Shown here piece after piece: positions 17,771 through 25,685 of a DNA stretch of 64,000 nucleotides; the first letter of the stretch is position 1, and every line of letters begins with the position of its first letter. Source of the stretch: a virus. The translations under genes were made by a program, and so were the position numbers. The notes beneath the pieces are model-generated. The model saw only the letters and a list, made by a program, of their open reading frames with translations, did not search any database and was not told the origin of the DNA. The stretch lies in IMG/VR virus record IMGVR_UViG_3300032820_000003, positions 1 through 64,000 of that record, one strand, 5' to 3'.

Positions 17771-17816
17771 AAAAAAACAACCTCGCTACTAAGTATTTAT
17801 CCTAGTAGCAAGGCTC
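17771..17816 (-). terminator. Intrinsic terminator of the leftward early region
   Basis: GCCTTGCTACTAG..TAGTAGCGAGGT-TGTTTTTTT on the minus strand. Confidence 0.75.
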
Positions 17817-17827
17817 TTATATTATTC

Positions 17828-18442
17828 CTAGAAGATTTCCTCTTTTGCAATTCCTATATTTTTCCTATGCTGTACCCATGTAGTAGCTTGCAATGTATGT
17901 ACTGGAATTCCTAGATTCTTACTAGCTTTTTTATAGGCTACCTGTATTCGCTTCATGATTCTCTTACTACCAAATACTTTATTTAATTCTTGTTTAGTAG
18001 GAATCTTGCCGTAGTAGACTGCTATTGCATGTCTATCTATTACTGCATTTGTATTACTAGTAGGTTGCATGATTGCATGGAAAAAAGCTGTTACTTTTTG
18101 TCCGCCCAATATACTAGTAGGCTCTGCACCGTTCTTTATTGCTAGTGCTTTATTATTATTTATTTTAGTTTGTCGTGGTGACCATCCCTCTAATACTATT
18201 CGCCATGCTTCTATAATATTAGAATCCCAGTCCATTTGTGGACTCATCACCGCTAGTAGTCCCGCACCCATACTAGTATTACCAGAACCGATCTGGTCAG
18301 CAATCATCCTAGCATTAGGATACCAGTCTTTACCCTCTTCTATACTAGACTCGCTAGCTAGTAGGTAAGCCATCTCGATATTATCGGCTGATCCCTTTAC
18401 TATATTATCTGACTTGTAGTATTTTCTCTGCTTAGTAGTCAT
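17828..18442 (-). CDS. DUF7178-type phage protein (predicted HhH-GPD glycosylase-like fold)
   Basis: Motifs G.DWY, AVMSPQ..W..N, G.KV.AF, VIDRHA, LQATTW; start moved to ATG 18442 (GGAG RBS; promoter lies in the longer ORF's 5' extension). Confidence 0.6.
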   Translation of the reverse strand: MTTKQRKYYKSDNIVKGSADNIEMAYLLASESSIEEGKDWYPNARMIADQIGSGNTSMGAGLLAVMSPQMDWDSNIIEAWRIVLEGWSPRQTKINNNKALAIKNGAEPTSILGGQKVTAFFHAIMQPTSNTNAVIDRHAIAVYYGKIPTKQELNKVFGSKRIMKRIQVAYKKASKNLGIPVHTLQATTWVQHRKNIGIAKEEIF

Positions 18443-18482
18443 TGCGTTTCTCCGCTGTTGGCTATTTTCTCGACCTGTGAAT

Positions 18483-18512
18483 ATCTTAGCATAGCCATAA
18501 AACACAGGTCAA
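18483..18512 (-). promoter_or_regulatory. Early sigma70-type promoter
   Basis: TTGACC-18-TAAGAT with extended TG. Confidence 0.75.
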
Positions 18513-18530
18513 GTCTTTTGCAGTTTACGA

Positions 18531-18794
18531 CTACCATACTTTTCTATAGTAGTCTGCAACTTCTCCCATTAGTAGTTGTTTTCTAGTCTTGGGAGCGACT
18601 GGTTTAACAGCCTTCTTATTAATAAACTTAGATAGTGGATTACTAGTAACCACTTTAACTCTTCCATTCCTACCACCCTTACTAGTAGTCCTAGACTTTC
18701 CTCTAGCTACTAGGTATCCATCCTTCCCATTTCTTTTAGGATAGGGAAGTACATCCTGTAAGCCATCCATAGTAGGGTCTATATACTTAGGCAT
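18531..18794 (-). CDS. Basic early hypothetical protein
   Basis: 87 aa, AGGAG RBS, own promoter. Confidence 0.7.
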   Translation of the reverse strand: MPKYIDPTMDGLQDVLPYPKRNGKDGYLVARGKSRTTSKGGRNGRVKVVTSNPLSKFINKKAVKPVAPKTRKQLLMGEVADYYRKVW

Positions 18795-18831
18795 TCCTGA
18801 ACTCCTGTGTTCACTTGTTTTCGTTTCCTCA

Positions 18832-18861
18832 ATTGTAGCATAGCCTTGAAAGGCTTGTCAA
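18832..18861 (-). promoter_or_regulatory. Early sigma70-type promoter
   Basis: TTGACA-18-TACAAT, extended TG, downstream CGAAAACAAG. Confidence 0.8.
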
Positions 18862-19052
18862 CATATTTGCAGACCTTTGGTATATTAATATATTTATTCA
18901 CTATATATAGATATATCTGTTTAGCGTACACTATATGTTGTATCCCTTATATAGGAAGGGATTAGGGATATATAGGAGAGGTTATTTTGTTTCCTTCTTT
19001 TAGTTGTATTCCTAGGTATATCCCTATTGTTTTATTGTAATTCTAGTATATT

Positions 19053-19469
19053 CTATACTGTTACTTCCTTAGTGTTACCTGTTATATAGTCTTTATATAC
19101 TAGGGTGTTTGAATCTTTTAATTCACACCGCCCACAAGTACAATCATATCCAGTTACTATCTGACAATAGGAACAGTTACAGCTAAAGTCTTCCTCATTA
19201 GGATCATCATAATCAGGTACTCTATGAGTAATCTTCTCTATCCCTGTTATATTATCTTTGAGAGTTTGGCAGTCAAAGCAACTCCAACTTCCCCCCATTT
19301 TTCGTTGGGCAGATATATTGGATTCTACTTGTCTAACAAACTCACTCCACTCAGGCATATAGTCTATAACCAAATGTCCAACTGGACTATTAAAATCCAT
19401 AGGCTTGCCCTCTAGTATAGACAGTAGCAATTCATATTTTTGCGTTTCGTTTAGTTCTAGTATTTTCAT
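19053..19469 (-). CDS. Cys-rich early protein
   Basis: 138 aa; CFDC, CNCSYC, CTCGRC. Confidence 0.7.
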   Translation of the reverse strand: MKILELNETQKYELLLSILEGKPMDFNSPVGHLVIDYMPEWSEFVRQVESNISAQRKMGGSWSCFDCQTLKDNITGIEKITHRVPDYDDPNEEDFSCNCSYCQIVTGYDCTCGRCELKDSNTLVYKDYITGNTKEVTV

Positions 19470-19506
19470 ATCCTAACCTCGTGGCTTGTTTTTCTGACTC
19501 CCCCAA

Positions 19507-19536
19507 ATCTTAACATGGGGGAAATTTAGTTGTCAA
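19507..19536 (-). promoter_or_regulatory. Early sigma70-type promoter
   Basis: TTGACA-18-TAAGAT, extended TG. Confidence 0.8.
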
Positions 19537-19750
19537 GCCCCTCTTCAAACTTAGTAAATTCTGCGTCTAGTCTTTGACCATACTCTAACATTTCTATAAT
19601 AACTGCTTGACCTTGACCCTCACTCACTCCTGATTTAGTAAGTTCTATAGCAAACCTAAACATCTGTTGCCAGTTAGGTTCTACTGTTATAGTTCTAGGG
19701 TTTGGATGCTTCTTTAATATAGGCTGTTCATCTTTAAATGATAAGGTCAT
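19526..19750 (-). CDS. Early hypothetical protein
   Basis: Start at ATG 19750 (AAGGAG RBS). Confidence 0.65.
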   Translation of the reverse strand: MTLSFKDEQPILKKHPNPRTITVEPNWQQMFRFAIELTKSGVSEGQGQAVIIEMLEYGQRLDAEFTKFEEGLDN

Positions 19751-19751
19751 T

Positions 19752-20042
19752 TTATGCTCCTTCCTGATTAGGAATATTATTAAATTGTTTACCGCCCCCA
19801 CAGATTCTACACATCCCGATTGCATTAACTCCCCTAGTAGGGATCACAAAATGATGGGTACAATCCTCTGCTAACTCAGGTAGAATAAGTCCATCCTCAG
19901 ACTTAGTTATTTTAGCCAATACTTTCTCATCTATATCATAGTTGATGGCTACTGGCTCGTCTACTTCTTCAGTAGTATCTACTACTTCTTCAGTAGGCTC
20001 TTCTACTTTTGCTTTGTTCATAGCTTTTAATAAAGGATTCAT
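19752..20042 (-). CDS. Protein with C-terminal CxHH..CxxC Zn finger
   Basis: CTHHFVIP..GMCRICG; ATG 20042 downstream of promoter and AGGAG. Confidence 0.7.
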   Translation of the reverse strand: MNPLLKAMNKAKVEEPTEEVVDTTEEVDEPVAINYDIDEKVLAKITKSEDGLILPELAEDCTHHFVIPTRGVNAIGMCRICGGGKQFNNIPNQEGA

Positions 20043-20076
20043 ATCTCTGCTCCTCACTTGTTTTCGATTTGAGTCA

Positions 20077-20106
20077 ATCATAGCACAGGTTAAATTTGCC
20101 TGTCAA
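20077..20106 (-). promoter_or_regulatory. Early sigma70-type promoter
   Basis: TTGACA-18-TATGAT, extended TG, downstream TCGAAAACAAG. Confidence 0.8.
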
Positions 20107-20118
20107 ACTTTTTGCAAT

Positions 20119-20691
20119 TTACCAATCTTCATTTCTGTATATATGGGATGGTGAACCATTCATTTCTGCTACATACTGTTCTAATCTCATATCAAGTAAT
20201 TCTTGATTAAAGACAGTCTTTACCCAATCCCATGAATATCCAAATTGTTCAATATCATTAAAGTGGACAACCCCACTACCTAACCAATTAAAGAAGCCTT
20301 GTACTAGTATTGCAATCCCATCATCATCACGCCAAGGCTTTGTAACTTCTAGTCTTTTATAGACCCGATCTCTAAAACCATACTGGTATGCTATATAGTT
20401 AAGGGCTTCCCCCACAACTTCATGACTAGGAAATCGGATATCATTATAAGTAGCTTCATCTTCTGGATGAAATGCCTTAAAGATAACATCTTTGATTTCT
20501 CTTAAAGTAGTATCAACTTCCCAATTAGTAATCTCTCCTACAACATATCTACACACTCCCCCACCTACACAGTAGTCTTCGGGATCACCCCCACTTTTAT
20601 CTGCTGATACAGGATAAGGGTAATAACTTTTTAAGGTATTCATATGTTCTTCTGCTGTCGCTGAAGCAAATGGAAATGTTAATCTTGTCAT
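20119..20691 (-). CDS. Early hypothetical protein
   Basis: ATG 20691 with GGAG RBS; YCVGG motif. Confidence 0.7.
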   Translation of the reverse strand: MTRLTFPFASATAEEHMNTLKSYYPYPVSADKSGGDPEDYCVGGGVCRYVVGEITNWEVDTTLREIKDVIFKAFHPEDEATYNDIRFPSHEVVGEALNYIAYQYGFRDRVYKRLEVTKPWRDDDGIAILVQGFFNWLGSGVVHFNDIEQFGYSWDWVKTVFNQELLDMRLEQYVAEMNGSPSHIYRNEDW

Positions 20692-20727
20692 TGTTTTCTC
20701 CGCTGACTTGTTTTTCGATCTGCCCAA

Positions 20728-20757
20728 ATCTTAACACAGGCTGAAAAACCTTGTCAA
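20728..20757 (-). promoter_or_regulatory. Early sigma70-type promoter
   Basis: TTGACA-18-TAAGAT, downstream TCGAAAAACAAG. Confidence 0.8.
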
Positions 20758-20762
20758 GTTTT

Positions 20763-20850
20763 TGGTAGGGTGGGTAGGATTCAAACCTACGAATCTATTT
20801 AAAGAGACAGTTTTACAGACTGTTGCATTTAATCACTCTGCCACCACCCT
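20763..20850 (-). tRNA. tRNA-Tyr(GTA)
   Basis: Acceptor AGGGTGG/CCACCCT-A-CCA; anticodon arm ACAGT-CTGTAAA-ACTGT; long variable arm; T arm GTAGG-TTTGAAT-CCTAC. Confidence 0.9.
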
Positions 20851-20856
20851 ATGTAT

Positions 20857-21026
20857 TGAAAGGGCAGAGAGGAATCGAACCTCTCTTCTTATGGCTCATA
20901 GACCGCCTTGCGTCTCCCACAGCAATTAGAAGTCTAAGTGGAGAACTAACTATTCTAGTGACCGTAGTCTAAATGTATTCACAACCTAGCTTACACTAGC
21001 ATACCACAAGTATCTACCAGTACCCT
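20857..21026 (-). ncRNA. tRNA-like structured RNA with ~105-nt internal insert
   Basis: 5' AGGGTA pairs with TGCCCT; T arm GAGAGG-TTCGATT-CCTCTC; helix CTTGTGGT/GCCATAAG closes an internal domain; no D stem or clear anticodon arm. Confidence 0.6.
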
Positions 21027-21030
21027 ATGT

Positions 21031-21237
21031 TTAATATACTAAATCTGATATATCGGCTTCACAGACTGGACACTCCCAACCTGTAAATTCAGCACATGCT
21101 CCACACATACCATCTACATGTTCATGTTCATATGCTCCACAGCATCCACTAACTGGATCAGCATGATAGCCATCTACGCAATCCATCATCTGTGCGTAGT
21201 CAGCTTCTTCCTGTTCGTATTGTTCATCAGTCAACAT
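21031..21237 (-). CDS. Small Cys-rich acidic protein
   Basis: SGCCGA..CGAC..CPVC; ATG 21237 with GGAG RBS. Confidence 0.65.
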   Translation of the reverse strand: MLTDEQYEQEEADYAQMMDCVDGYHADPVSGCCGAYEHEHVDGMCGACAEFTGWECPVCEADISDLVY

Positions 21238-21238
21238 A

Positions 21239-21562
21239 TTAAGACTCCACTTGTATATTAGAATATCTACCGTCTTGACTTGCTCCCCCCTGTATACACC
21301 AAGCATCAAACTTCTCAGGACTTCCGTAAGTAACAACTGGAAGTTCATTATATATAAACTCACATATGTTCCTAAGTCTAAGTACATGATTACTGTCTGC
21401 TCTACCTACAGCACCCATTAAATCATTCTCTAATACTTTCTGTAGGAATCCACCTGTAGCAATCCCATACTCAAAGTATCTTTGGAATGCCCCCTTACAA
21501 CATTCACAATCTAACTTATCGTAATCTAACTTTTCTATATATGTTGGAAAGTTCGTAACCAT
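21239..21562 (-). CDS. Conserved phage hypothetical protein (GGFL..VL.NDL..A..RAD..N type)
   Basis: 107 aa, recognisable widespread phage motif. Confidence 0.75.
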   Translation of the reverse strand: MVTNFPTYIEKLDYDKLDCECCKGAFQRYFEYGIATGGFLQKVLENDLMGAVGRADSNHVLRLRNICEFIYNELPVVTYGSPEKFDAWCIQGGASQDGRYSNIQVES

Positions 21563-21565
21563 TAT

Positions 21566-21796
21566 CTATCTCCCATATTTGTATAGACTTGCTTTCGTTT
21601 CGACCTGAGAAAATCTTAACACAGTCTCAAAACTGGTGTCAAGTTCTTTGCTTTTTCGTAACTCTTTTTCTTTTATATCTTTAGCTTTCTTTTCTAAGAT
21701 ACGTTCTATATTACGAACTGACTTTCTATTATCAGTTTTAAAAGACTTTCTTTTTTTAAGTTTCCTATCTCTAGATAACCAATCTCTAGCCATCAA
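21566..21796 (-). CDS. Small Lys/Arg-rich protein
   Basis: 76 aa; AAGGAG RBS; 3' part overlaps the next promoter. Confidence 0.55.
   Translation of the reverse strand: MMARDWLSRDRKLKKRKSFKTDNRKSVRNIERILEKKAKDIKEKELRKSKELDTSFETVLRFSQVETKASLYKYGR
21613..21642 (-). promoter_or_regulatory. Early sigma70-type promoter
   Basis: TTGACA-18-TAAGAT, extended TG. Confidence 0.75.
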
Positions 21797-22088
21797 TATC
21801 TCCTTCTGTAAATAGGTGGGGTTGTCCCCCTGTGATTATTAGTACCGCTTCCTGACCTAAGTCTAACATATATTGGGCAAGGTTGCCAAGTATTTCAGAA
21901 TAGTCCTCTACACTAAATATTTCATGTATACTAACAGACTCTTCTTCACCTCTCCATACTCCTGTAGCTGTATAGATAGTCCCACCATTTTTCATGAGTT
22001 GCTCATAATACTCATAGTCTTTTAGGCTATCCATTAAAACTGTTGGAATATAAACTTTGTATTGTATTGGAAGTATCTCAATGTGCAT
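21786..22088 (-). CDS. Ferredoxin-fold DUF3574-like protein
   Basis: GGT...A.G.W...E.V and GQEAVL motifs; start ATG 22088, promoter TTGACA-18-TATGCT at 22151-22122. Confidence 0.5.
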   Translation of the reverse strand: MHIEILPIQYKVYIPTVLMDSLKDYEYYEQLMKNGGTIYTATGVWRGEEESVSIHEIFSVEDYSEILGNLAQYMLDLGQEAVLIITGGQPHLFTEGDIDG

Positions 22089-22321
22089 ATACGTTCTCCC
22101 TGTTCTGCTCGATTTGCTCAAAGCATATCAAAGTTTTCAGACAGTTGTCAAGTTATCCACAAACTGCCCATATAAACATAACTAGAAAGAAGAGTATAAC
22201 AGCAGGAAGTATACTATGTTTCTTTTCGTTCATACAGCCCCCTTATATTAAGTACAGTATCTATACTTAGCTTTCCTATATACTCTTCTCTATGGGGCTT
22301 GTAGACCCCTTCATAGCTAAT

Positions 22322-22450
22322 CTATTTAATGACCTTCAATTCAAAATTACAGTTTTCGCAATCCAATAAGTTCCCTGAGTATTTACTAGGCTTGTCGCCT
22401 TTAACAGGTTTCTTATATTCAGTACAAAACTTATTAGGACATTGATACAT
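22322..22450 (-). CDS. 42-aa Zn-ribbon peptide
   Basis: MYQCPNKFC...DCENC; fills the gap between genes. Confidence 0.45.
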   Translation of the reverse strand: MYQCPNKFCTEYKKPVKGDKPSKYSGNLLDCENCNFELKVIK

Positions 22451-22461
22451 TTTCTCAGCTT

Positions 22462-22710
22462 TTACTTTTGCCATTGTTCTGTCACCTCACTTGGTACAGT
22501 ATACAGTTCATCAGGGAAGTTGTAAAGTTCATCTCGTAGATATTTCATATCAGAGATATTACTAACTTCTCTATATGGACTTGGAACTTTTTCAAGTTCT
22601 TTAATTGCATAGAATAAAGCCTGTCCTAGAATGTAGTTTCCTCTAAGACTCTCTGCAAACGCTATAGCTTTATCCAGTTCTTTTGTACTAGTCGTTGTAT
22701 TTCTAGCCAT
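22462..22710 (-). CDS. Early hypothetical protein
   Basis: 82 aa, AAGGAG RBS. Confidence 0.75.
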   Translation of the reverse strand: MARNTTTSTKELDKAIAFAESLRGNYILGQALFYAIKELEKVPSPYREVSNISDMKYLRDELYNFPDELYTVPSEVTEQWQK

Positions 22711-22830
22711 TATAATCTCCTTTGATTATATGGACAAGGAACGGTGGCATGGCTCTCTGGCACTCCTACCGCACAACTGCCGTCCCTTCCTTTTTAGTAA
22801 AGTTGTCTTACTACCTTGCCCATGTAAGTT

Positions 22831-23061
22831 CTAATAATTTAATATATCTTGGGCTTGAGGAATGTAGTCATCCTCTAGTCTCTGGGCAGAGTCAACTGCA
22901 TCATCAATATAATTTAAGGCAGTCTCTAAAGTAGCATTAGCATCTTCTATGTTAGAGATAACTTCTTCTATGTCATCTTTCTTGTATCCAAGATTTCTAA
23001 TATTCTCTTCTGCATCTTGCATTACATTTCTCAACTCTTCTGCAAAACTTGAGTAGTCCAT
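22831..23061 (-). CDS. Acidic helical/coiled-coil protein
   Basis: 76 aa, AAGGAG RBS, promoter TTGACA-18-TACGAT at 23130-23101. Confidence 0.75.
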   Translation of the reverse strand: MDYSSFAEELRNVMQDAEENIRNLGYKKDDIEEVISNIEDANATLETALNYIDDAVDSAQRLEDDYIPQAQDILNY

Positions 23062-23126
23062 TTAATTCTCCTTATTGAACTTGTTTTTCGATCTCGTTAA
23101 ATCGTACCATGTGGGTCTTGCCCTTG

Positions 23127-23612
23127 TCAACCGTAGGCACATTCTCCACATTTCATACCACCAAATACTCTATCGTCATCAGGTTTATATTCTCCACACT
23201 CCCCACATAATGTACTTCTAAGATAGTCTGTAATATCAAACCATTGGCTTGTATCTACTATCCATTGATCTACACCTGTACCATTCACATCATCTATATC
23301 TCTTTCTATAGGATACAATACTATATGGGGTTTAGTATTTGGATTCGGGATACAGTCTACACCCTCTCCATGATACAGACAATTCTCATCTTCATCCATC
23401 CATATATTTATATCTATACAGTCTGTACAATCTTCGGGGTGGTCACTTGTATGTAGACTACCCCACCAATCACTTTCCCTACCACCATCTTCCCATCTAT
23501 AATATTCATCTACTAGTGTAAGCATATCAATATATTTAGGTAACCATCCAGTATCTTGTTCTTTTAAATCGTCAACTGTTGGCGAATAGGTATAAGTATT
23601 ATTTACTACCAA
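23127..23612 (-). CDS. Acidic protein with C-terminal Zn ribbon
   Basis: 161 aa; CGEC..CGEC. Confidence 0.7.
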   Translation of the reverse strand: MVVNNTYTYSPTVDDLKEQDTGWLPKYIDMLTLVDEYYRWEDGGRESDWWGSLHTSDHPEDCTDCIDINIWMDEDENCLYHGEGVDCIPNPNTKPHIVLYPIERDIDDVNGTGVDQWIVDTSQWFDITDYLRSTLCGECGEYKPDDDRVFGGMKCGECAYG

Positions 23613-24010
23613 GGTAGGTCATCTCCTTCTTCTATTTGTGCATCACTATATGTATCAGCATTGTAATCTGTTATAGCTACGGCTTCTCGTTCTAATGGAA
23701 GCTGAGTGCTATAGCATTTATCGTAGGCATCTTTAACTTCATTCATAGTAATAGGAGTTTCAATAGGTTCGCTACCTAGAGTCTTAAACTCTACACTAGC
23801 TAGTTTCCTAATGGCTTTACTAGTCTCCCATACAGTTTCTACTAGTTCTTTGGCTTCTTTTAAACCAATCCCAAACTCTGCTCTAACATGTTTAATAGTA
23901 TTAATCTTGTTGACCATAGCTACATCATGATCTTCTATAAAGCTGTATATCTCAGCAGAAGTTATCTGTGGGTAGGTTATAGTTACTTCTCTAGTCTCTT
24001 GAATAATCAT
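23606..24010 (-). CDS. Protein containing a ribosomal protein bL12 C-terminal-like domain
   Basis: NKINTIKHVRAEFGIGLKEAKELVE matches the bL12 CTD signature K+..IK.VR...G+GLKEAK.+VE; ATG 24010 with AAGGAG. Confidence 0.7.
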   Translation of the reverse strand: MIIQETREVTITYPQITSAEIYSFIEDHDVAMVNKINTIKHVRAEFGIGLKEAKELVETVWETSKAIRKLASVEFKTLGSEPIETPITMNEVKDAYDKCYSTQLPLEREAVAITDYNADTYSDAQIEEGDDLPW

Positions 24011-24011
24011 T

Positions 24012-24218
24012 CTAATTCTCTCCTTGTACTGTTGAATATTTGCTCTCCGAATCAATTGCTGACAGTATAGCATCCGTAAACTGGTCTTTGCAAGTCCTGT
24101 CCGAACAACAATAAACTAAATCATTACCTAGTTTTATTGTGGTTACTGTTGTCCAGTTACAGACTACACACTTACCAAACTTATTACTAACCATACTTGT
24201 ACCATTTCTCATATGCAT
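24012..24218 (-). CDS. Small Cys-rich protein
   Basis: CVVC..CCSDRTC; promoter TTGACA-18-TAAGAT at 24285-24256. Confidence 0.6.
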   Translation of the reverse strand: MHMRNGTSMVSNKFGKCVVCNWTTVTTIKLGNDLVYCCSDRTCKDQFTDAILSAIDSESKYSTVQGEN

Positions 24219-24289
24219 CTCCTATATGAATGTGGGTTTTGCTCGACTCAAGTGAATCTTAGCACAGTCTGAAAACTGCTGTCAACCCC

Positions 24290-24487
24290 TTAGTTATATG
24301 CTTCATACTCCTTATGGTGAATCTTCCAGTAAGCTGTTAACTTTTTACAGGCATCATTATAATCTTGTATCTCCTGTACTATTGTGCTTGGTAATGTAAC
24401 CACCTCACAGTCAGGATTTACGCAGACATAGAAACCATCCTCAAAGTCTAGTATCCCACTACACATACATATAGCTTCAGTAGTCAT
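24290..24487 (-). CDS. Zn-ribbon protein
   Basis: CMC..CVNPDC. Confidence 0.6.
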   Translation of the reverse strand: MTTEAICMCSGILDFEDGFYVCVNPDCEVVTLPSTIVQEIQDYNDACKKLTAYWKIHHKEYEAYN

Positions 24488-25131
24488 TATAGATACCCTG
24501 CCATCTCTACACCTTCTTCCCTATAGAACCAACTAATAGTAAGGTCAGGAAACTTGTCTACTAAGAAAGCATGAATACCTTCAGGTGGACACCATGCAGT
24601 ATCAAAATCATATCTTAAATAGTCATCGTCATCTTCCAACCAAACATCACTAACATCCCATTTAGTTCCCCAATTTTCATATGACCAATCATACCAGTTA
24701 TTAAATCCAAATGTATTTATAAGATAGTCTGAATATTCTCTAGTCATAGCTTGTGATATAATTTGTTTTGCAAATGCACTACCAGTATCATCTTCTCTGC
24801 TTTTAATATATTCATCTAGTTCTTCCTGTGTCTCATAGATTCTAGCAGGAGAAGTTGTATGTTCTAACTCTTTAGGCATAGGTAATATAGAACGGAAGCT
24901 AAACTCGCTCCGCTTTTTATCGCAAGTGTCTAGGAATTCCTCTTCCCCACAATAGTCGGGATTAGATTTATATTCTCCCCAAGGTGGTTCTGTAGCATCT
25001 TTATTGACTACCCATATCTCTTGTCTACCACACTTGTCATGATACCATTCACCATAACAATACTCTTTAAATTCTTTTAGCTTATCTTCATCACCAAATA
25101 CGGTAACTTCATTCTGACACCAGTTCGGCAT
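24487..25131 (-). CDS. DUF1281/Api92(YubB)-type ferredoxin-like protein
   Basis: MPNWC.N, WYDW...NWGTKWD, FDTAW.PP signature. Confidence 0.85.
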   Translation of the reverse strand: MPNWCQNEVTVFGDEDKLKEFKEYCYGEWYHDKCGRQEIWVVNKDATEPPWGEYKSNPDYCGEEEFLDTCDKKRSEFSFRSILPMPKELEHTTSPARIYETQEELDEYIKSREDDTGSAFAKQIISQAMTREYSDYLINTFGFNNWYDWSYENWGTKWDVSDVWLEDDDDYLRYDFDTAWCPPEGIHAFLVDKFPDLTISWFYREEGVEMAGYL

Positions 25132-25363
25132 TACTATCCTCCTTTAATCCAAAGGGATCATCTAGATCAATGAACCCATCTACTATGTCTTGACTATATA
25201 TTTGTATTACTATTCTATAACATTTTATGTGAACGAACCTTTCGATTGGATCACCGTCTCTACAATCTATCCAGTCTTTCTCTATTAAGACAGTCTGTAA
25301 ACCATAGGCTTCGCCCTCTCCTATTGTTTCATTACACATATCACATATTAAATTAATAGACAT
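25109..25363 (-). CDS. Hypothetical Zn-binding protein
   Basis: CDMC..HIKC. Confidence 0.6.
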   Translation of the reverse strand: MSINLICDMCNETIGEGEAYGLQTVLIEKDWIDCRDGDPIERFVHIKCYRIVIQIYSQDIVDGFIDLDDPFGLKEDSNAELVSE

Positions 25364-25684
25364 TTACTCTTCTCCATACTCCCCCAATCCTTGGGGAAAA
25401 CTATACTCTTCTTCTTTAGTAGTGGCATTAACATACTGCTCTCTACTAACCACTTCGTAATCGGTAAACTCCCAATCTTCGTGAACAGAGTCTACACCAT
25501 AATCCCATGTCAGGTCAAATAGATCAAAGTCAGAGTTTTGAACTTTCTCTATTGAACCGTCCATATACATTTCATATCCTTTAGGGTTTCCTTCTTCATC
25601 AAATATATGTGGGAAATTTTCACTATCTATATAACTGTAGTAGGTTGCCAAACTAGTGGCTCTAACCCTATAATACTTTCCCAT
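25364..25684 (-). CDS. Early hypothetical protein
   Basis: 106 aa, GGAGG RBS. Confidence 0.65.
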   Translation of the reverse strand: MGKYYRVRATSLATYYSYIDSENFPHIFDEEGNPKGYEMYMDGSIEKVQNSDFDLFDLTWDYGVDSVHEDWEFTDYEVVSREQYVNATTKEEEYSFPQGLGEYGEE

Positions 25685-25685
25685 A

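Noticed and set aside
16932-17780. ORFs 16932..17264, 17080..17268 and 17595..17780
   Set aside because: They run through terminators, repeats and promoters and lack RBSs; spurious.
20857-21026. tRNA-Sec or canonical tmRNA
   Set aside because: No UCA anticodon arm found; too short for tmRNA, no G3:U70, no evident tag reading frame.
22730-22823. Cobalamin riboswitch
   Set aside because: AAAAGGAAG and GCCAGAGAGCCATGCC look vaguely similar, but the P4-P6 core and GCCACTG/GGGAAG elements are absent.
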